Shown: positions 56,390-64,000 of the stretch, one piece after another | Numbering within the stretch: position 1 is the stretch's first letter | Layout of the letters: each line of letters begins with the position of its first letter | NCBI GenBank assembly: GCA_964016885.1 | Contig: OZ024744.1 | Span: forward strand, 86,490,001-86,554,000 | Origin: Eledone cirrhosa | Taxonomy: Eukaryota | Reading direction: 5' to 3' | Length of the DNA stretch: 64,000 bases | Notes under the pieces: model-generated | Seen by the model: only the letters and a program-made list of their open reading frames with translations | Told to the model about the DNA's origin: nothing | The model's database searches: none | Program-made: the position numbers and the translations under genes

Positions 56390-56743
56390 GGTTAAACATT
56401 CATTTAATTCAATTCGAAAACTCAACGTGCATTATATACATAGGAGTGACGGAGTAATTTTAGATTAAGGAAAGTTTAAATGATAAAGTCCTTAATTGAT
56501 AAGGCCATCATACATATTTCGATGATGTCAGTGACCACGCGATTTAGCGTAGTACTCATTGCCATGATCTCATCAGACTGTTGTACAAATCTAGCTAGTA
56601 ACAATTCTCTATGAAGTTTATGAAGTTTAAACGGCCACCTGACCTAACTTGTCTCAAATGAGACAACCGATCTAACCCATAATATCGTCGAAGATGGACG
56701 TTAAACGATCAAAATTGTGACCCAATCTTGAGGCACTTACGAG

Positions 56744-56825
<82 letters not shown>

Positions 56826-57108
56826 ATATATATATATATAAATTAATAAAAACAATGAATAAAAACAAAGAACAAGTTCATTATATTAAAAAATTCATCA
56901 TTTTACGATCGTTTCTAGGATGTATATGTGTGTTGGTATGTATATCATATAGATCTATGTAAACATTTTACAATATAGATCTATGTATCTGTTTTCCTGT
57001 GATTATCATCGAAAGTGTTTAAATGCATCTTCTCTTTTCATGATATTTGGATTACATTGAGTTCTTCATACGGATTGGACACTACCGTATATTTTGGTAG
57101 ATTTATCT

Positions 57109-57139
<31 letters not shown>

Positions 57140-57148
57140 GAGAGAGAA

Positions 57149-57204
57149 GAGCTTCTACAGGACGACTAGAACTGTTTCATTCGTGAGAAATCATCAGGAA
57201 GCTC
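57149..57204 (-). ncRNA. Type I hammerhead ribozyme (family C); overlapping inverted copy at 57200-57249 (+)
   Basis: GAGCTTC-CTGATGA-TTTC tcac GAAT-GAAA-CAG..CTG-TA-GAAGCTC. Confidence 0.8.
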
Positions 57205-57320
57205 CTGATGATTTCTCACGAATGAAACAGTTCTAGTCCTGTAGCAGCTCTTCTATATTAAAACGTTTTATACTCTGCTATCTTACCTACTGTGGTTACT
57301 TCCGATTCAACTCGGAATAA

Positions 57321-57366
<46 letters not shown>

Positions 57367-57480
57367 TATATAAAGAATTTCTTTTGTTCTTTTCTTCTCT
57401 TGTTTCGTCCATATTACCATCTTAAACTTTGTTTACAGTAACCACACAGCTCCTTTCGTCTGTAATAATTCTCTCTCTCA

Positions 57481-57639
<159 letters not shown>

Positions 57640-57690
57640 ATGTGTGTGTGTGTGTGTGTATATATTGTAAATACATTGTACACAAGTGCG

Positions 57691-57723
<33 letters not shown>

Positions 57724-57989
57724 CCGACTGCATTCAGTTTGGCTATACTTAAACTCAAGCTACGCTTGCATGTTATACATACGCGTGGATATACATGCAT
57801 GTGTGTGCATGTATGTGTACATATGCGTATACTATTCGGTGTCATTCTCACTCGCACATTTGGAAATGTGTGCGTCGAAACACGTGCTGCACCGTGCCAG
57901 CGTGCAGACGCCAATAACTATATATTAATTACTTTAAAATTACTGTTGGCGTATCTCTGTTTCCTCACTTTCGTCAATATTTTCAAACA

Positions 57990-59856
57990 TCACTAATACC
58001 ACAGCCAACCCTGCCACCACCACCACCACCATCATCATCATCAACAAGACAGACCAACACCACCACCACCACCACCACCAACACCACCACCAACACTACT
58101 AACACCAACACCAACACTATCACCACCAACATCACCACCAACACTACCACAACCGACACCACCACCACCACCTAAAACACCACCAACACTACCACCACCA
58201 CTAGCATCACCACCATCACCACTACCACCACCACCAACAACAACAACAACAACAATACCACCACCAATACCACCACCACTACTGCCACCACCACCACCAC
58301 CACCACCACCACCACCACAACCAATACCACCACCAAAACTACCAGCGCCGCCACCACCATCATCACCACCACCACAACCACCACCACCAACACTACCACC
58401 ACAACCAATACCACCACCAACACTACCACCGCCACCACCATCATCACCACCAACACCACCACCACCACCACCAACACTACCACCACCTACACCAACACCA
58501 CCACCAACACCACCACCACCACCAACACTACCACCACCACCACCAACACTACCACCACCTACACCAACACCACCACCAACACCATCATCACCACCAACAC
58601 CACCACCACCACCACCAACACTACCACCACCTACACCAACACCACCGCCACCACCATCATCACCACCAACACCACCACCACCACCACCAACACTACCACC
58701 ACCTACACCAACACCACCACCAACACCACCACCACCACCAACACTACCACCACCACCACCAACACTACCACCACCTACACCAACACCACCACCAACACCA
58801 TCATCACCACCAACACCACCACCACCACCACCAACACTACCACCACCTACACCAACACCACCGCCACCACCATCATCACCACCAACACCAACACCACCAC
58901 CACCAACACTACCACCACCTACACCAACACCAGCACCAACACCACCACCACCACCAACACTACCACCACCACCACCAACACTACCACCACCTACACCAAC
59001 ACCACCACCAACACCATCATCACCACCAACACTACCACCACCACCACCAACACCACCACCAACACCACCACCACCACTACTACCACCACCACCACCAGCA
59101 CTACCACCACCACCAATAACAACAACAACACTACCACCACCACCACCAATACCACCACCAACACTACCACCAACACTACCACCAACACCACCACCACTAC
59201 CACCACCACCACCACCAGCACTACCACCACCACCACCACCACTACCACCACCACCACCACCACCAGCACTACCACCACCACCAATGACACCACCACTACT
59301 ACCACCACCACAAACACTACCACCATCACCAATATCACCACCAACACTACTACCACCATCACCACCTCCACCATCACTAACACTACCACCGCCATCACCG
59401 CCAGCACCACTACCACCACCGCCATCACCACCACCAACACTACCACCGCCACCACCAACACCACCACCAACACTACCACCACCACCACCACCACTACCAC
59501 CACCGCCATCACCACCACCAACACTACCACCGCCACCACCAACACCACCACCAACACTACCACTACCATCACCGCCACCAACTTTACCACTACCACCGCC
59601 ATCACCACCAACAACACTACCACCACCACCACCAACACTACCACCACCAACACTACCACTACCACCGCCATCACCGCCACCAACACTACCACTACCACCG
59701 CCACCACCACCACCAACACTACCACCACCGCCACCACTACCACCACCAACACTACCAGCACCACCACCATCACCGCCAGCAACAGTACCACCACCACCAC
59801 CACCACCACCGCCACCACCACCAACAACAACAACAACCACAACAACAACAACAACT
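57990..59856. repeat. Degenerate (CCA)n tract with a 216-bp higher-order repeat
   Basis: CCGCCACCACCATCATC at about 58429, 58645 and 58861. Confidence 0.9.
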
Positions 59857-59964
59857 AAAAAAACATCGTTTGTTAAATTTGAAAATCCTCAAACCGTTTA
59901 AAGTTCGAAATTAGGCGAGAAATCTTACAAATGTTCTCTCGACGTTTTCTTTTTATGACCATCA

Positions 59965-60310
59965 ACCTCAAACATATCGCTTGATATAAGTTTCCTGTTC
60001 ACGCCGGTCACCGGCGAGACCTCGAGTGTACTTGGACTCTGTCAGTGGAGCTCCTCCACAAGATCGGAAAGTCTGTGGCCCTTCTGAGGAAGGAGACCCG
60101 TGGGGTGGGGTGGCTGTTGAAGCGGGTGTCGCTGGCCATTGTTCGCAGGAAGGCTTCAGCAGTCTTGTCCGCGGAGCGCAGCCCCTCTACAACCGCGCCC
60201 TAGACCCAGAGCTCATTCATTCTCCCTCTTCTCCCTTCCAATTCTTCTGTTACCTTAGAGATCTTGCCATTCCCTCTCCTTCCCGTTTTTCTCTTTTTTT
60301 TTCTCTATAA
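59965..60310 (+). mobile_element. CRE-like RLE non-LTR retrotransposon 3' fragment
   Basis: FLFTPVTGETSSVLG..ELLHKIGK..WLLKRVSLAIVRRKASAVL resembles the F.P.A.ET.G..QRISIA.QRGNA RLE tail. Confidence 0.6.
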
Positions 60311-60493
60311 TTTTCTATTTTATATTCAATTCTTCTCAATTTGAATTTGCCTTTTTTGTTTTTCTACTGAATTGTTTTTTCATGATATATTCTATAAGTA
60401 AAAAGAAGGAAAAAAAAAGAAAATGTTCGATTAGACACTACTTGGAGTTATTCTTATAAGCAAATCACTTTGTTATTTCAGTGTATTATGAGC

Positions 60494-60782
60494 CATAGGC
60501 TGACCAAGATACTCTCATGGAATGACCAATGAGGTATATTTTTCCACATACTTCCTGGAAAGAAACAATGCAGTTATTAATAAGAAGAGTTGAAATTAAT
60601 GCATGCAAGATTTCACATCTCTAGCATCACACCTTCATAGGCTGACCAAGATACTCTCATGGAATGACCAATGAGGTATATTTTTCCACATACTTCCTGG
60701 AAAGAAACAATGCGGTTATTAATAAAAACAGTTGAAATTAATGCATGCACGATTTCACAGCTTTAGCATCACACCTTCATAG
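60494..60782. repeat. 142-bp tandem duplication
   Basis: CATAGGCTGACC.. at 60494 and 60636. Confidence 0.92.
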
Positions 60783-61499
60783 TCAGTACTATTTCAGCCG
60801 ACTTTCGTATGTAATGGCTGAATAAGAAACAGGATACCTTCAACGTAAAGACATTTGATCAATTGATTTTTGGTTGTAGTTACATGTATGAAATTATCTA
60901 TATATGTTTAAGTACTATATACGTACCTTAGCGATTTATGAAAAATAAACTAGTGGTACCCTACATGCACAAATACATACACATACACACATTGATGATG
61001 GCTGCCCCCTCGTTTTCGAGTATGGCCATTTGAAAAAAAAAATAACACACGTATATATTAATTAACGGTGCTGCGTGGACTGTCGCTTTTTTAGCCCAGC
61101 CAATGATCTAAAATGTCCTGCACAGAGTTGGTAACACATACATAAAAACATAAATGCATGCATACATACATAGATACATGCAAATATACATACATATGAC
61201 TGAACTTAGATATGTGGAAAAGAGCACAGTTTCCTAATTCATAGACTATAACTGGCTGCGATAGCTGGCTCCTTCAAAATTTCCAAAACATTCTTGCGAT
61301 TGAAGAGATGACAATTTCTTTTTTTTAACAACCTTGCCACCAGGATGGTTGCTGGTAAAAAATGTACTCGAAATTAAGAGAAAGAGAAACATACATACAC
61401 ACATACACACACACTAGACTCACCTGATCAACGAAACAATTGTCAGTACTTGAAGTAAAGCCCCTTATTGTACAGCCACTATATATATATATATATATA

Positions 61500-61687
61500 T
61501 AGGAACAAGTAAGACTCCGACGGCTGAGCTAAAGCCGTTTCGACGGCTAATTCCCAGAATTAGCCGTCGAAACGGCTTGAGCTCAGCCGTCGGGGTCTTA
61601 CTTGTTCCTATTACCCACTCTACTACCCTAAGTATTGAGTACTTTGGTGCGTTATGGTCCACCTGGTTCCTTACCACATTTCCTTCG

Positions 61688-61690
<3 letters not shown>
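61500..61690 (+). mobile_element. Family B fold-back element in (TA)n
   Basis: Palindrome about 61500-61610 plus tail. Confidence 0.8.
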
Positions 61691-61757
<67 letters not shown>

Positions 61758-61803
61758 AGAAAAAGCGAAGTAGTTTCAGATGTTAAAGTCCTTTAATGAT
61801 AAT

Positions 61804-61878
61804 GCTGTGATACATATTTCAATGACGATAGTGGCCACACGGTTCGGTGCGTCCAGTGCCGTGACATCATCAGACAGC
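61804..61878 (-). ncRNA. Hammerhead-like motif family E; inverted copy at 62153-62227 (+)
   Basis: GCTGT-CTGATGA-long stem II-GAAA-TATGTA-TC-ACAGC inside inverted repeat 61755-61955/62075-62278. Confidence 0.65.
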
Positions 61879-62400
61879 TCCTTACATAATAAGGTTATGG
61901 TCGGAGGCAATCCAAATTGAATCGACATGGGAACGGACAAAGCGTGTGCTCTTGAAGTCTTCGCCCGTTCCCTTGTGAGTACCATTTCAACCCCACCGTT
62001 CTGCAGAGGCGCAAGTTCGAAGGAAGTTGACCATCAACTACCCCAAAGTTCTACGAAACTCGCCTAGGCAGGATTCAAGAGCACACGCTTTGTCCGTTCC
62101 CATGTCGATTCAATTTGGATTGCCTCGGAAACATAAGCTTATTATGTAAGAAGCTGTCTGATGATGTCACGGCACTGGGTGCACCGAACCGTGTGGCCAC
62201 AGTCGTCATTGAAATATGAATCACAGCATTATCATTAAAGGACTTTAACATCTGAAACTACTTCGCCTTTTCTTATTCGATATATACTCCGTCACTCCTA
62301 TGTGGAAAATATACGTTGAGTGCTTGAATTGAATTGCGTCAATATTTACCTTAAGTAAACAGATTAGAGCAAACATCACGGGCGCTCTATCTCAAAATTA

Positions 62401-62436
62401 TTTTTGAAAAGCATTAGAAATGCGCAACCGGTAAGA
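62401..62436 (+). ncRNA. Decayed U3-A8 hammerhead-like motif
   Basis: TTT-TTGAAAA-GCATT aga AATGC-GCAA-CCGG-TA-AGA. Confidence 0.45.
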
Positions 62437-62586
62437 ACTTAAAACCCAAACTGAATACTAACCAATACTTATTACTAATTTTTACTTATTCCTAATTAAA
62501 CTATTTTTCACTGGGAACAATTTGTCAGCATTTTCTTTTCCTTTTTACTAATATATCACAACTCGTGTGTTACACCTCTATTCTTT

Positions 62587-62621
<35 letters not shown>

Positions 62622-62699
62622 ATGTATTAGTGAATAGCTATTTTGTAAAGTGACATCACATAATCACCTTTAAGTATAGAGAGTTAATGTGTTGTGGTA

Positions 62700-64000
62700 A
62701 ATAAATATATACATAAGTACCAGGAACGAACATAATGGAACCAAACTCCGACTGTCACTGGCTCCGTCATTGACGCTTCCCCCATCTCCCACTATGGTGA
62801 GCAAATGGGCGTCCCGTGGCCCCGGTGGACACGATATAGAAGGCGTTTCCCCCGGAGGATTGTGGGGTTACGCGTTGGAAGAGCCATTCCAGCTCGTGTG
62901 GATCACACCTTGGGAGGTGGCCCTAGTGCCAAGGACACCAGAAGCTTCCACTGTTAAGGGCTCGAAGGTAAACATGTCGGAGAGCGACGGATTTATGGAG
63001 AGTTTACCAACATCGGGCAGAAGTGCAGCACAGCGTGGGTTATTCTAAGACTACCAGGTTGTCCCAGGAGATTGTGTGTCACTGTATGTGGCATCCCAGA
63101 TTAGAGATTTACCACTGCGGAACGGGAATATGGTCATGCACTCTCATCTTTTGCCGTTCCGGCTCGAGCTGGGAGGGGAAGCCTGCAACATCCAGCCCAT
63201 GCTTTATGACCTTGTTGAGAGCAGCATGGCGCGGATGGCAGCCGGCACTGCAGCCTCATGACAGCGGGTTATCCAGCTGTGGTGGTCTGGGACGCGAATG
63301 GTAGTGAAGGTGGAGCTTTCAGACTGGGACATCGCGACCAGAGTTATTCATGCGTCTGGAGTCATTCCTGGGAACGTCTCGCTCCTTAGTGTTAGCGGGG
63401 GACTGGAATGGCATCTTAGATGCACGTTGGGACTATGTAGGAGCTTGTGATAACAGAGGGGGTGTAATAGCCTCATAAACCTCATCAGCCAATTCCAACT
63501 GGCTGATAGATATCGACTAGACTTCCCAAGTGTACCACTGTGGACGTGGAGCAACAGTACTGGGTCTTCTAGATCGTATTTAGATAGATTTTTAATTAGA
63601 CAGAAAGATAAGGAAACATTAAGCTGTCCACAAATGCACATGGTTGCCTATTCAGACCACAAATTAGTCACCTGCGTAGTCAACCTTGATAGAACACATA
63701 GACAGGGACTCGGATACTGGAAGCTAAACATGCCGCTTCCGGATTAGCACCTTAGTTAAGTGCCCGTTGACGGGGGCGATCGTCATCAACAGGTGGTGGA
63801 GCTCTCTCAAGAGAGCAATTAGAATAGAATCGATAGCATTTAACAAGGAAGTAGCTTTAGAAAAAGACAAAACCGAAAAAGAAATGGTAGCTAAAGAAGA
63901 AGAGACCCTTAGGAATGGCAGTACAGCTGACGTGCTAGCTGCGAGAACGGCACTAGACCAGTTCTTCAACGTGAAACACGAAGGTTGTACTGTCAGAAGT
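62700..64000 (+). mobile_element. Deleted Tx1-like LINE: probable ORF1 fragment joined to the ORF2 endonuclease region
   Basis: WTWSNSTGSSRSYLDR, YSDHKLV, GYWKLN, KHEGC. Confidence 0.8.

Noticed and set aside
56895-57015. Minus-strand GAAA-CGATCG-TA half-motif
   Set aside because: Core and stem II too degenerate to call

Overview
AT-rich, microsatellite-saturated animal genomic DNA with no recognisable host gene. The tRNA-derived SINE family and repeat content suggest an octopod cephalopod (inference). Almost all ORF-track entries are translations of (TA)n/(CA)n/(TAG)n/(CCA)n tracts. Genuine coding remnants all come from transposable elements: Tx1/L1-clade LINEs (one near full length at 40141-45797), a CR1-like RT with an uninterrupted ORF, R4/Dong-like and CRE-like RLE LINE tails, an RTE tail, a Helitron, a Tc1/mariner fold-back, and Penelope-like elements (PLEs) of Neptune and Naiad type. 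The main unexplained signal is a dense set of about 20 type I hammerhead ribozyme (HHR) motifs from roughly 9 sequence families. They lie in short non-coding elements inserted in (TA)n, typically with an inverted 5' fragment. Two families are circularly permuted monomers (about 430 nt and 515 nt) with one HHR per unit, i.e. retrozyme-like elements that could produce circular RNA and be mobilised by PLEs. Several carry non-canonical cores (U3-A8, U4C, U10.1.U11.1). All folds and coordinates were read by eye and need computational confirmation.
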